Of a DNA stretch of 64,000 nucleotides, positions 9,334 to 20,879 are shown in pieces. The translations under genes and the position numbers were made by a program. The first letter of the stretch is position 1, and each line of letters begins with the position of its first letter. Below the pieces are notes generated by a model. The model did no database searches. It saw nothing but the letters and a program-made list of their open reading frames with translations, and had not been told where the DNA came from. Location: NCBI RefSeq assembly GCF_001194135.2, contig NC_068986.1, positions 37,937,143-38,001,142 on the forward strand, read 5' to 3'. Source of the DNA: Octopus bimaculoides. Its lineage: Eukaryota.

Positions 9334-12300
9334 GTAAATTCTTTCGGTTTGTTTTTGAATATACATTTATGTAATTCGTGTTATTTTAGGGTTAATAAAT
9401 TAGTTAACATAAAATCAACGGAAATGTGACCTTTAAAGTTATGTATAAATGTACTTTTATTCTCTTATCTTTACAAACAGCTGATGTAGTCAAATTTTAA
9501 ACATTTCGGTTTACTGACATAGAGAAGAACGTTGTAGCTTGCTTGAGTCATTATGATGAAGTAAAATAACAGTATAAATTGTCCGTCATCAGACATAGAC
9601 ATATTTCTGATGATGGACTTTGGGTCTGAAATACATAAAAGTTATTAAACTTTTCTTTTTCGTATTGTAATTTTAATTTTTAACTGACCTACACGATCTT
9701 TGAGTGAAGTCCCACATCTTTCACTGCGCAGCTAATTTAACGGATCTAAATATACTGGACCCTATTATTATTATTATTACAAACAGTTGATGTAGTCAAA
9801 ATTGTAACATTTCGGTTTACTGACCTACAGAAGAACGTTGTAGCTTGCTTGAATCATTATGATGAAGTAAAATAACAATATAAATGGTCCGTCATCAGAC
9901 GTAAACATACTTCTGATGATGGGCTTTGGGTCTGAAATATATAATTGTTCAGTATAGGGAATTGTAAAAAGTAGAAAAAAAAAATTAGGGGGAGATAACT
10001 AGGTCCTCATTCTTTACTTACACCGAAATGTCCTTAACCGTGAATCAACCTTAGAGGAATTTTGGAATATCATTCAATTAGCCGAATCAAGAGACAAGAT
10101 TCTTCATTAGTTGGCACGGCATCGACTAATTATGAATATGTACACTTGCGAAAATTGTAATTCACCAAGTGGCTTCACTAATCGTGGTGACGCTATTGAT
10201 GGGAAAATATCGGTCTGTAAAAGGAGGAAATCAGTTCGTCACCGTTCAATTTTTTGATCGTTTATTGCTGGTCTCACTAATGTCGCAAGAAGAGGAAATA
10301 CTTCCGCCCGTCCCCGCAGCCCCATTTTCTCCCAAATTTGTTTATTTTTCTAATTTTTTTTTTTTTTTCCCAAAAAATCCCCGTTTTCGGATACGGAGGT
10401 TCCGGAAAATTGACAAAAATCAGCATTGTGAAATTCCCCCCCCCCCTTTCCCCCCAACTTCTTGAATTTTGACTTTTTTCCCCAACCCTAACACCCCAAT
10501 ACCTGTGGTGTATGCGTGCGAGTAGATGTAATCGCCTTACCTCGGTTTTCCTTTTGTCGACTGCAAGTCTGTCTTGCGGTATCCAATCCTTGAAGCTTGC
10601 CCCAACCCTAAGAACACCAGGAATAGCAGCTGATTCTCCCAAACCTAGACCGTCGCTTCGCACGTCTTGTCCTGACCACGACCCTGTTCAAAAAGGGCAC
10701 AAATCCCGATCGAGGCTCCCTCTGCCCTTTTTCTTCTTCCGGTCAGCCTCCCCAGACACTGACGTCATACCACACGCCACCCTGATCTTAAAGATCATGT
10801 TCACCCCTACTCCAATTCGAAGTTCGCCATCCAACTGGGCGGGCGCCTTACACATTGAGATCTTCTCAAGCCAGGTGGCTCGTTTCCATCGCGCTCTTCA
10901 TCCGACGAAGTGGCTATCCTGCGCAGGTCCAGCACGTGACGCGGCATTCTATCCACAGATACATTGTTTCTGGAATTGACTGCTGTCACTGTTCCCCTGC
11001 CCCATTGTGATGTGCAGCATGCCTTCGGAGGCTTGACCCAAACTTCCTCCCNNNNNNNNNNNNNNNNNNNNNNNNNNNNNNNNNNNNNNNNNNNNNNNNN
11101 NNNNNNNNNNNNNNNNNNNNNNNNNNNNNNNNNNNNNNNNNNNNNNNNNNNNNNNNNNNNNNNNNNNNNNNNNNNNNNNNNNNNNNNNNNNNNNNNNNNN
11201 NNNNNNNNNNNNNNNNNNNNNNNNNNNNNNNNNNNNNNNNNNNNNNNNNNNNNNNNNNNNNNNNNNNNNNNNNNNNNNNNNNNNNNNNNNNNNNNNNNNN
11301 NNNNNNNNNNNNNNNNNNNNNNNNNNNNNNNNNNNNNNNNNNNNNNNNNNNNNNNNNNNNNNNNNNNNNNNNNNNNNNNNNNNNNNNNNNNNNNNNNNNN
11401 NNNNNNNNNNNNNNNNNNNNNNNNNNNNNNNNNNNNNNNNNNNNNNNNNNNNNNNNNNNNNNNNNNNNNNNNNNNNNNNNNNNNNNNNNNNNNNNNNNNN
11501 NNNNNNNNNNNNNNNNNNNNNNNNNNNNNNNNNNNNNNNNNNNNNNNNNNNNNNNNNNNNNNNNNNNNNNNNNNNNNNNNNNNNNNNNNNNNNNNNNNNN
11601 NNNNNNNNNNNNNNNNNNNNNNNNNNNNNNNNNNNNNNNNNNNNNNNNNNNNNNNNNNNNNNNNNNNNNNNNNNNNNNNNNNNNNNNNNNNNNNNNNNNN
11701 NNNNNNNNNNNNNNNNNNNNATTACTGTTCCTACCCAGCCGACCACAGTGGCCGGATCTCGATCGAGCGCAGCCCCCATCTCAGGGCCAAGTTCACCCCT
11801 TTCAGCACCGCATCTAGTTCAGTGACATTGATGTGGTTGAAGTCGTCCGCTTTCCATAGCCAGGCCGCATCCTCCACCTCAGCACCTTCGATCTCCAACA
11901 CAACCCCTATCGCTATACTGCTAGCATCACACCAAACCGTGCCGCACTCCGTCTTGAGCACATAACAGTTTCCTCTGACCGGGTCTTCCACTCTTGTTCT
12001 CTCTAGGATTTCCCGCATCATCGCCTCTTCCACCTTGTCACTCCAACTCTCCCCCTCTGCTCGTCTCTGGTGTAACTGCATGCAGTGCCTAGCCAACCAG
12101 CGATTGGGTAGTGTCCAATCAACTTCCCACAAACCGAGAACAACTCTCTCCTGCTGACACTGGAACTCAGCTCTGGGATCTCGTTTCCTCTCCGGAACAA
12201 CAGCTCGCCCGATCTGTCTTTTTGTAGCTTCAGCCCCAGCGCAGCTACCCTCACCATCGACCCAAAGAACACCAGAAATAGCAGCTGCTTCTCCCAAACC

Positions 12301-14798
12301 TAGACTGTCACTTTGCACGTCTTGTCCTGACCACGACCCCGTTTGAAAAGAGCACGAATCCCGGTCGAGGCTCCCTCTGCCCTTTTTCCTCTTCCGGTCA
12401 GCCTCCCCAGACACTGACGCCATACCACAATACCGTAACCCTAATACCTGTAGCGTACTTCTCACTCTCTGTGTTATATATACATGAATACGGACGTAGT
12501 AGATAACAGCTAGCCTTCAGCTGCACCTTTGGACTCTGTTGTGTCCACCACTCTAATTGGTTGGTATTGGCACAGTTTGTCCTTTGCTCTATTTGGCGCC
12601 AAGATGCAACCCAACCAATCGCAGCCCTCAGATAAGGTCATGTGAGACAGTCTTTTCTAAACTTCCACTGAGCTGACACCACGAATATAAAATGCTAGCT
12701 TTACGCTGTCTAGAATGCCAGTCAGTCAAGTTCCAGTTGATAGTCTATGCCGAACAGCTGATGTCAGATACAGACGGAGTACGGCTCTCGACTGAGTCCA
12801 TGATAAAGATTGCACGACCTTACTCTTTCACCAAAGAAAAGAAGGCAGTATTTCTCTGCGTAATAACCATATTGAAAGACATGGTATGGAAGACGCGAAT
12901 GAAAGGGATTGCGACAGGACAGTTCATCTCCAGACGAGGGCTGGTGAATTACTTCACCGCCCATCTTGCCTTCAAGATTCGTCTGGAAAGGAGGAGCCTG
13001 CCGCAAAGAGTATTCGTGAAAAGATGGAAGGAAGTCGTAAGAAAGATGAATATGCAAGGAGCTGTGCTAACACAGCCGGTCTGGGCATAGAAGAACAGGA
13101 AAAGATTACCAAAAGGAAATCAACCGGTGGGTTAGTGCACTAACCCAAAACCTGAAAAGAATCATTTAAATTTTTAACGTATATTATATTGGAGAGTATT
13201 GTAGTTCGCTTGAAGCATTGTGTATTGTTTGTAAAGAATAAAAAGTTTAGAATGGTACAACAATGCACAATAAAACAAAAAATGGACTCTATACCTGTTG
13301 TAATTTGGTTATCAATAGTTCGATGATATTTCGGATTTACAATTTCTTCTTCAGATCTTCTTAGCTGGAGTATATTATATTATTTTATGTTATATTATAT
13401 TATATCATCCGCAGTTGTATAAACTCATTCATATTGAATCATTTGTAAAAGCATGACTGACCCCTATATGTCCTTGTTTGTCCCCTTTATGTATCCTTGT
13501 ATAAGGAAACAAAGAAATTCAGTCAGTCCGGCTCCAGCCCGTCTGAAAGTTTTGGTTAATGTTTACAACTTGATCCGGAAACGAAAATCAGAAAAAAGTA
13601 GTGGAATGGGTGTAAAAAAATGGGATCTTTACCCTTTGAACGGCAAATCGAGAAATTAATTTTTTGTAACTAAACACTTTCAAACTTCGGACACTGGTAG
13701 AATGTGTCATATAAAACATCTTTTACTCTTAGTGTTGTAGAGAAAAGTTTCTATTTTCAAAGTTATTTCATGTTAAAGTTGTCGTATTTTGGTAATTTCA
13801 ACCAATCAATGACATGTATTCAGCTGAATAAAATTACTGCTGTTGCTTGTCAACAACAACTTCTGGCAGTTTATATTTTGTTTGTCACTGTTATTTATGA
13901 CATATTTCATCTCAGTTATGTTTGTATGAATAAACGAGTGTATGTGAAGCACGTTTACTTCATGGCACCACCACAATCGTTTGTGCATTTCTACTGCTTT
14001 TAGTTTTTTTTTCCTGTTTTTCAGCTACTATTTTTGGAAAAACTCCCCCCCGTACCGCTCCAATTTCTTCATTTTTTCAGTAACTCTAACCCTAAAACCC
14101 TAACCCTAACCTTCTAACCCTAGCTTTAAAACCCTAACCTAAAACCAGTACAAATGCACGAGCGATGTCATAAATAACAGTAACAAATGAAATATACACT
14201 GCCGCTAGTTGTTGTTCACAAACAACGGCAGTAATTTTNNNNNNNNNNNNNNNNNNNNNNNNNNNNNNNNNNNNNNNNNNNNNNNNNNNNNNNNNNNNNN
14301 NNNNNNNNNNNNNNNNNNNNNNNNNNNNNNNNNNNNNNNNNNNNNNNNNNNNNNNNNNNNNNNNNNNNNNNNNNNNNNNNNNNNNNNNNNNNNNNNNNNN
14401 NNNNNNNNNNNNNNNNNNNNNNNNNNNNNNNNNNNNNNNNNNNNNNNNNNNNNNNNNNNNNNNNNNNNNNNNNNNNNNNNNNNNNNNNNNNNNNNNNNNN
14501 NNNNNNNNNNNNNNNNNNNNNNNNNNNNNNNNNNNNNNNNNNNNNNNNNNNNNNNNNNNNNNNNNNNNNNNNNNNNNNNNNNNNNNNNNNNNNNNNNNNN
14601 NNNNNNNNNNNNNNNNNNNNNNNNNNNNGGTTTTTGCAATGAAATTTTATCTAAATACCTTTCAAACTGCATACATTACGATTATAAAGAAATTTGTGGG
14701 TAAAGTCTTTTCCAAGGGGTGGGAAGAGGACTTTGGAAAATTCACAAGATCCGAATTTTTCCCTCATAACTGTATATATATGTGTGTGTATGTGCGTG

Positions 14799-14830
<32 letters not shown>

Positions 14831-17800
14831 TATATACTCTCGGAGTGGTTGGCGTTAGGAAGGGCATCCAGTTGTAGAAACTCTGCCAGATCAGATTGGA
14901 GCCTGGTGTAGCCATCTGGTTCACCAGTCCTCAGTCAAATCGTCCAACCCATGCTAGCATGGAAAGCGGACGTTAAACGATGATGATGATGATGATAATG
15001 TGTATATATATGTGTGTGTGTATATGTTTGTGTATATATATATGTGTGTATATATGTGTGCGTATATATGTGTGTGTATATGTAATATATGTATATAATA
15101 TATCTATCTATCACAGAACACATCAAATTTGTCAACATGTGCTTCCTTGCAGATAAAAGATTTTTCAAAGATTGCTTGGATTCACTTGTTACTATGGCAA
15201 CAGGCACGTTGAGAGACAAATGAGTTTTCATGTTCCGCTTCTTACTCTCAAAACAGGCATGAATGTGTCTGGTTTATGATTGGCTAAAATTACCAAAATT
15301 TTCAAACTTTAATTGCTAATAACTTTTTATTCATTGATTTATAACGAAAATGACTTTCATGTCATTAATTAGCCTATAAAAGTGTATCATTACACTGAAT
15401 ATGAAATCAATTCAAACAGAATTGATGCTGGCAAGCAAAACTCTAGCTGTAATTGTTAACGATTGTCAAACAGCAAAAGAGATAATTTTAAGAAATTAAG
15501 AATTAATTCCCCTTTACATGCTGAGAGGAATGCTTAATCTGTGTTTACAAACAAAAGTTGTTGTTGTTGGCACTCCGTCGCTTACGACGTCGAGGGTTCC
15601 AGTTGATCCGATCAATGGAACAGCCTTGAAGTTTTGCACCAAGTGCAATGTATTTATAAAAAAAAATCTACAAAGGTGCAGGCATGGATGTGTGGTAAGA
15701 AACTTGCTTCCCAACCACATGGTTTCAGGTTCACTCCCAAGCTGGTGTCTTATACTATAGACCTGGGTCAACTAAAGCCTTGTAAGTGGATTTCATAGAT
15801 GGGAACTAAAATAAGCCTATCGTGTGTGTGTATGAATGTGTTTGTATGTATATGTGTGTGTGTGTGCCCTTGTTTGCCCTCTGCTGCCACTTAGCCAGTG
15901 GTGTTGATTCGTTTACATCTTCGTAACTTAGGGAGTCAAGTAGAATAAGTACCAGACTTAAAAATGAGGACTGGAGTTGGTTTGTTCAACTAAACCCTGC
16001 AAGATAGTGCTCCAACATGGCCACAGTCTAATGACCGAAATAAGTAATGGATAAAAGATTAAAAAAATCAAGAGGACCATAATGGAACACTGCTCCCACA
16101 TTGGGGATGGTGTTGCTGCTACACATACAAATATCATAGACTACTCTGAGAATGACCACTTGACTGATTGGCATTAAACCACTAACAGACATGCCCCAGA
16201 CATTGGCTTTCAAGTGTAATGTCTTCTCTCTTTGTCTTTTCTGTCACTACTACAATGGCCTCTGTTCCATGGAGCTGGCTAGTTTTGTACCTTCTCCAGT
16301 CAAGCACCCTTGGCCCACTTGTTTCTCCATTTTTCATCACTCTTTTTACATTCACTCCACCCCCCACTTTGTACTAATCACAAACTCAGTCCCTTTCTTC
16401 CTAGAACATTGCACTTCTGGACTCTTTTAACTGCTCATGTTTTTCCTGCAGGTGTTGATCTACAATAATATTAATAGAACACTAACAGCATCAAGGTTAC
16501 AAATTGTAAAAGGTGCATAAAGGTCATGGGCACTGAACTGTCCCTTCCTCCAAGACAAAGCATCTAAAAAACACAAAAAGCATTGGGGTGTAGATTGATT
16601 CTCAACCAGGGCTGCTATAACTCCTGATAGATCTTATATATTGTTGTGGAGTCAAATATTTCGTAATGTAAGAGTCCATAATTTTAATTTTGTGTAGCAT
16701 TAATCAAATGAGAGAGAAATATTATTTGTCTTGACAAGATGCTAGTCTGCTACAAGAAAATTACTCAGAAGTTTAATGACTATTCTCAATGAATGGTTGT
16801 GATGAAACAAAGAGAACAAAATGTCATACTTTAAATCTGCAAGTACACTTTAGCGGGTGCAATTTTGCTTTGATTATACTCCTGTAAGATACAAAAGAGC
16901 TAGCAGTCATGGTTTAGTGTCAACAGCGGAAAATGATGTTTCTATTAATTAGTGAGCTATAAACACAAATTCATGTAACCACCTGCTTTTGTGTCTTCCA
17001 AGGGCAGAGTCAAATAAAATTGACCCCACTAATGTCTATTCACAGATTTAAGTCCCAGATTTTCTTTTATTTTCTGATTACTTGTTTTCCAACCTCTGTG
17101 ACATTACTGTTTTTGTTTTAGCCCCACCACCACCACCACTTACACAAGGCATAATGTATTCAGAACTACATTGTCCCATGTCTGTTTCCTTTTCTAAGAC
17201 AATAGAGTATATTCTGAGGGCAATTCACAGTTGCTGGTCTTTTGCAGATGCAGTGACTGCATGAAGGTTAACTCATTTGCTCATTACTTACTGTTGTTGC
17301 ACCACAGCTCAACTCCAGTTCAACAGATCTATAATTGACAGTGTTCCAACCATGATCAATGATTATCTTTTTTTTTTTTGAGCACAGTATACAAGGTGTA
17401 TTCCATAAACTTTTTCAGGAGAGACAGCTATTAATTTCAATTAAGTACAAAACTCTAATCTCCTTCAAAGTAGGATCCTCTGACTTTAGTGCATTTGTTG
17501 TAGTACTCATGAAGGTCCCATGCAAGTCCTCCTGAAGAGGAGGTGTCCAAGACCCTTGTTATTGCCTCCTTCATCTTCTCAGTATCTTCAAAATAACTGC
17601 TCCTGAGGCTCTCCTTCAGCTTGAGAAATGACAAAGTCACAGGAAGCAAGGTTTGGACATTATGAAGGGTGAGGGACAGCTTTGATGCCCAAGTAGTTAG
17701 TTACCAGGATGCTCATCACTGGGTATTTTGTTATCAAAATATAACAAGACAGTCTGATTCCTGCCTAATAATTCCTATTAATTATTGTAATTAAAAGTGG

Positions 17801-19926
17801 CTGCAGGAGAGTCTGAAGTTTGTAATGTTTTTTTTTGCTTTCTTGTAGATATCAAATCAGGTCATTTTCAAGGTGCTACCAATATTCCTTTTACTAGAAT
17901 TCTGAACTCTGAAACTAAAACCATACTAAAGAAGGAAGATCTCTTAAAAACATTTGAAAATGTCAACATAGATTTAAATAAACCAATTATTGCATCCTGT
18001 GGGTCAGGTAAGATTCTGTTGATATTAATTCTAAACAAGTAAAAACTTTTTTTTCTCAGATTTCAATATGAGCATGTGTGAGCTGTAATAAAGATTATAC
18101 TTGTTATATTTCAAAGATCATGTGAGAAAAATCTACTAGGAATTCTTATAGAAATTGCTCTTGAAGCTCCAAGCAAACCAAAGAAAGCACCTCAAAACAA
18201 AAAATAAAGACCATTTCTATTTTATAAATGATTAGCAATAAGATGCTCATTTGTGGTCTTTTAGCTAAGGTAGACACTGACTGAGCATTTCCTTGACTAA
18301 AGACATTTCAGCTATGGCAGTCTAACACTTTTTTGTACATCACTGTTCAACAGGACTTACTTCCTTCCTTTTGGGATGGTGGGGTGTGATTGAAAAGGTA
18401 ATTTGGCTACTGATTCTAACAGATCAAACAACCACATAGAGGCTTCTTAATTCAAATCCAATTGTAATAATGTTGTCTCAACTATTCCTGCCAATGACAG
18501 ACATTACTGAAGCCAGTTAACTCAATTTGTGCATTTGTGATGAATGCATTCTTGCACAGAAAATAATACAAAGAAATTTTTACTGAGTAGTAAGATATTA
18601 AGATTAGCCTCAACTTATGCATTTATATTAACATTTGGTTCTCTTACCTTCAATATGTTAACCTTTCTTCTATGTCACAATCACCATGATTAAAAGAGCA
18701 GTGCATGGCAGAATCAAAAGAGCACCAGATAAAATGTCATACTATAAGTGATAATGTTTCTTAATATTCTTTAGTCCAACTACCACCTAAATCAACTTGC
18801 TTTTCATCCTTCTGGGTTTGATAAAATAAGCACCAGTCAAGTATATGGTTAATTGTATCACATATACCCTTCCTAAGAAAAGTTTGGCCTGGTACTTGTT
18901 TATATTAGAAATAGTTATTACTATCAAAAAGAGATACAGGTGGCATAACAATGGAAAAATGCTTTGCAATATTCCATTATAGTAAGGCAGCAAGCTGGCA
19001 GAATCATTAGCACACTGGACAAAATGCTCAGCAGCATTTTGTCTCTACACTTTCTGAGTTCAAATTCCACTGAGGTTGACTTTGCTTTTCATCGTTTCGG
19101 GATCAATAAAATGAGTACCAATCAAGCACTGGGGTCAATATAACTTCAGGCTTTGTGCCTATAGTTGAAACGAATATTTGGTTATATTCTGAGTTGAAAT
19201 CCTGCTATGGATAATTTTTTTTTTTTTTTTTCATTTTGTCAAGGGACAGTAAAATAAAATATATGTCAACTACTGGAGTTGATATAATCAACTATGCTGC
19301 TTTGCATTATCTGAGGCATTGCACCCATATTAGAAACCAAAATTTAGTTACACCCCTATACATTCACTCCTGCCAATGTTGACTACTTTTCTGCTTTTTG
19401 AAGTTGTTAAAATAATTTCATCAATTACACCCTTCTAAAATGTTTGGCTGTGTTAAGTGTTGACAATCAGTAGCATAATTTATTTTTTAAAAGAAGAGGT
19501 GCAACAATAAATTCTTAGCAAAGTCAAATATAGATTCATATGACTAAGCCAAAACTAGTCTGCATTCTAGCATATAAAAATTGATAAAGAACACTACAAA
19601 TAAATCTTTACTGAATAATAAAAATTGATCAAAATATTAACCTCATTTTACATGCTTTTATTTGCACCTCTTTGGGCTCTCCTACCTTCAGTATACCAAC
19701 TATAAGTTTTCTTCAATTTCTTTCCATGGTGCTGACAGGGAATAGTAAAATATAGGATCTAGCATTTCTTGGATAAACTCCACGTAATATAACAAGTGTT
19801 CCAATGGTTCAATTCAATATCAGTGAGGTTCAGTCCCACTGCATGGCACCTTGGGCAAGTGTCTTCTACCATAATCCCAGACGAACTAAAGCCTAATGAG
19901 GGTGCTTGGCATATGAAAGAAACCTT

Positions 19927-19967
<41 letters not shown>

Positions 19968-20436
19968 ACACACAAACACACNNNNNNNNNNTGTGTGTAC
20001 ACACACAAACACACACACATACAAACACATGTATGTGCCTCCTTGTCTTGACATTACATGAAAGTTGTAAACCAATGTTACTGTAATATAAACAGAGGCA
20101 TTTGTTTTAAATCTGCTGAAAACATTAACTTGCTTGCAAACAATGTGAGAGTTGATGACAGGAAAAAATCTACAATGAATTTTCTTAAGACCAATGCAAG
20201 CATGGAAAAGTGTACATTGTGATTATATATATATGCATGTGTATGTAATAAAAGCATTTCTTCTTTGATAATTTACCATTTCTTGATTCTCTTTTCCAAC
20301 TTTTGCAGGAGTGTCAGCATGTTGCATTGCATTAGCAGCCTATTTATGTGATTATGAAAATGTCTCTGTTTATGATGGTTCTTGGACAGAGTGGGCACAG
20401 AGAATCAGTGCAGATAAGATCTTATCTAAGAACTGA
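8751..20436 (+). CDS. MPST: 3-mercaptopyruvate sulfurtransferase (tandem rhodanese domains), 289 aa; exons 8751-9333, 17849-18007, 20309-20436
   Basis: GT-AG introns, both phase 1; 870 nt in total. Motifs HIPGALFFDI, SAARVWWTF, DARPEGRFQGTAPEPR, active-site loop CGSGVS (MPST-type, not TST CRKGVT), VYDGSWTEW. Confidence 0.92.
9471..9946 (+). repeat. about 170-bp direct duplication at 306-bp spacing, each copy ending in a hammerhead-like motif
   Basis: 9471-9640 vs 9777-9946. CTGATGA-T-GG(A/G)C..GTCT-GAAAT(A)(C/T)ATA at 9607 and 9913. Confidence 0.8.
10028..10300 (+). mobile_element. Merlin/ISXO2-like DNA transposase N-terminal remnant
   Basis: From 10051 reads LEEFWNIIQLAESRDKILH*LARHRLIMNMYTCENC...AIDGKI..CKRRKSVRH.SIF, resembling the WL...C..C...DG..WxC..C..KSIR.GS.F zinc finger. 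Stops and a frameshift are present. Confidence 0.5.
10504..12429 (-). mobile_element. internally deleted Ty3/gypsy-like LTR retrotransposon (partial 5' LTR, RT thumb/RNase H, gap, integrase C-terminus, PPT, 3' LTR)
   Basis: 3' LTR 10504-10774 (TGTGGT...ACCACA); 5' LTR piece about 12265-12429 (about 92% identical); ATACC TSD at 10499-10503 and 12430-12434. RNase H WCDASS...HINVTELDAV...VVGWV; integrase tail EEVWVKPP...LRRSQCVRRPPSWMANF ending at 10807; PPT AGATCAGGGTGGCG. Confidence 0.8.
12692..13245 (+). mobile_element. L1/Tx1-like LINE, 5'-truncated ORF2 C-terminus and 3' UTR
   Basis: AVFLCVITILKDMVWKTR...LVNYFTAHLAFKIRLERRSL...FVKRW resembles Tx1 ORF2 ends; AATAAA at about 13238. Confidence 0.5.
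13830..14238. mobile_element. palindromic non-autonomous element with a telomere-like (TAACCC)n centre
   Basis: 74-bp inverted repeats at 13830-13903 and 14165-14238, degenerate CCCTAA repeats at about 14085-14146. The right side runs into a gap. Confidence 0.6.
14835..14996 (+). mobile_element. young RTE 3' end inserted in a TA microsatellite
   Basis: Nearly identical to the copies at 1-214 and 30112-30255. Confidence 0.85.
15674..16050 (+). mobile_element. tRNA-derived SINE with internal (TG)n
   Basis: GGTGCAGGCATGGATGTGTGGTAAGAAACTTGCTTCCCAACCACATGGTT head; same family as 19800-20090, 25500-26172, 37775-37935 (-) and 47960-48080. A fragment of another SINE lies at 15555-15625 (-). Confidence 0.75.
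16100..16490 (+). mobile_element. CR1/Jockey-like LINE 3' end
   Basis: PQTLA...SLCLFCHYYNGLCSMELASFVP...FLPRTLHFW...HVFP, typical of CR1-group ORF2 C-termini. Confidence 0.65.
17390..17715 (-). mobile_element. mariner transposase 3' fragment with terminal repeat
   Basis: Reads ...LKLKESLRSSYFEDTEKMKEAITRVLD...YNKC.KVRGSYFEGD*, preceded by a decayed HP.YSPDLAPCD; ends at TA. Confidence 0.7.
17849..18007 (+). CDS. MPST: MPST exon 2
   Basis: ttgtag acceptor; DIKSGHFQGATNIPF...KPIIASCGS; G|gtaaga donor. Confidence 0.92.
18770..19175 (+). mobile_element. two adjacent copies of a second tRNA-derived SINE family
   Basis: GGCAGCAAGCTGGCAGAATCATTAGCAC...TTCTGAGTTCAAATTCC...TTTTCATC motifs; further copies at 27177, about 32550, 40730, 41590, 44700, 45480 and 48885. 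Confidence 0.6.
19800..20090 (+). mobile_element. tRNA-derived SINE
   Basis: GGTTCAGTCCCACTGCATGGCACCTTGGGCAAGTGTCTTCTAC intact head (the reference for the NUMT junction). Confidence 0.7.
20309..20436 (+). CDS. MPST: MPST exon 3
   Basis: ttgcag acceptor; GVSACCIALAAY...VSVYDGSWTEWAQ; TGA stop. Confidence 0.92.
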
Positions 20437-20673
20437 ACTAAATTTATTTTTAATTAACTTTGTATAACCTGTGTAGAATTTGATTTTATTTCAAGTAGGT
20501 TAATTGCTGTAATTTCAGAAAATTAGATATTCATGAGTAGAGAATTAAACTTTTTAATCAGAACAACATAAAAAACAATCAGTTTCAAAGACACTTTTTC
20601 TAGACAAATTGTTAAATTTATAAATGAATCGTCTCTATACTTTATATACAAATTATGTTCTTCAAAATACATA

Positions 20674-20679
20674 AATAAA
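20674..20679 (+). terminator. candidate MPST polyadenylation signal
   Basis: First AATAAA, 238 nt after the stop codon. Confidence 0.45.
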
Positions 20680-20879
20680 GTGCCTTAAGAAATCTGTTTT
20701 AAAGTTTTATGGTTGATATTTTAGTATTATTTTTAAAGTCTTTGATGAATTGCCAAAATTAATCAAAGCTCTTTGAAATAAGTTTTAAGGTGTATCATGA
20801 GGAAGATGTTACCAGGTAATGTAATGTTGGTGTACTACGGTGGCGTTTAATCCAGTTTATTTGGAATTATTTTTACTAG

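Noticed and set aside
10310-10500. Homopolymer-rich, C/T-skewed segment
   Set aside because: Looks like a low-quality read end or a decayed repeat, so no structure was inferred from it.
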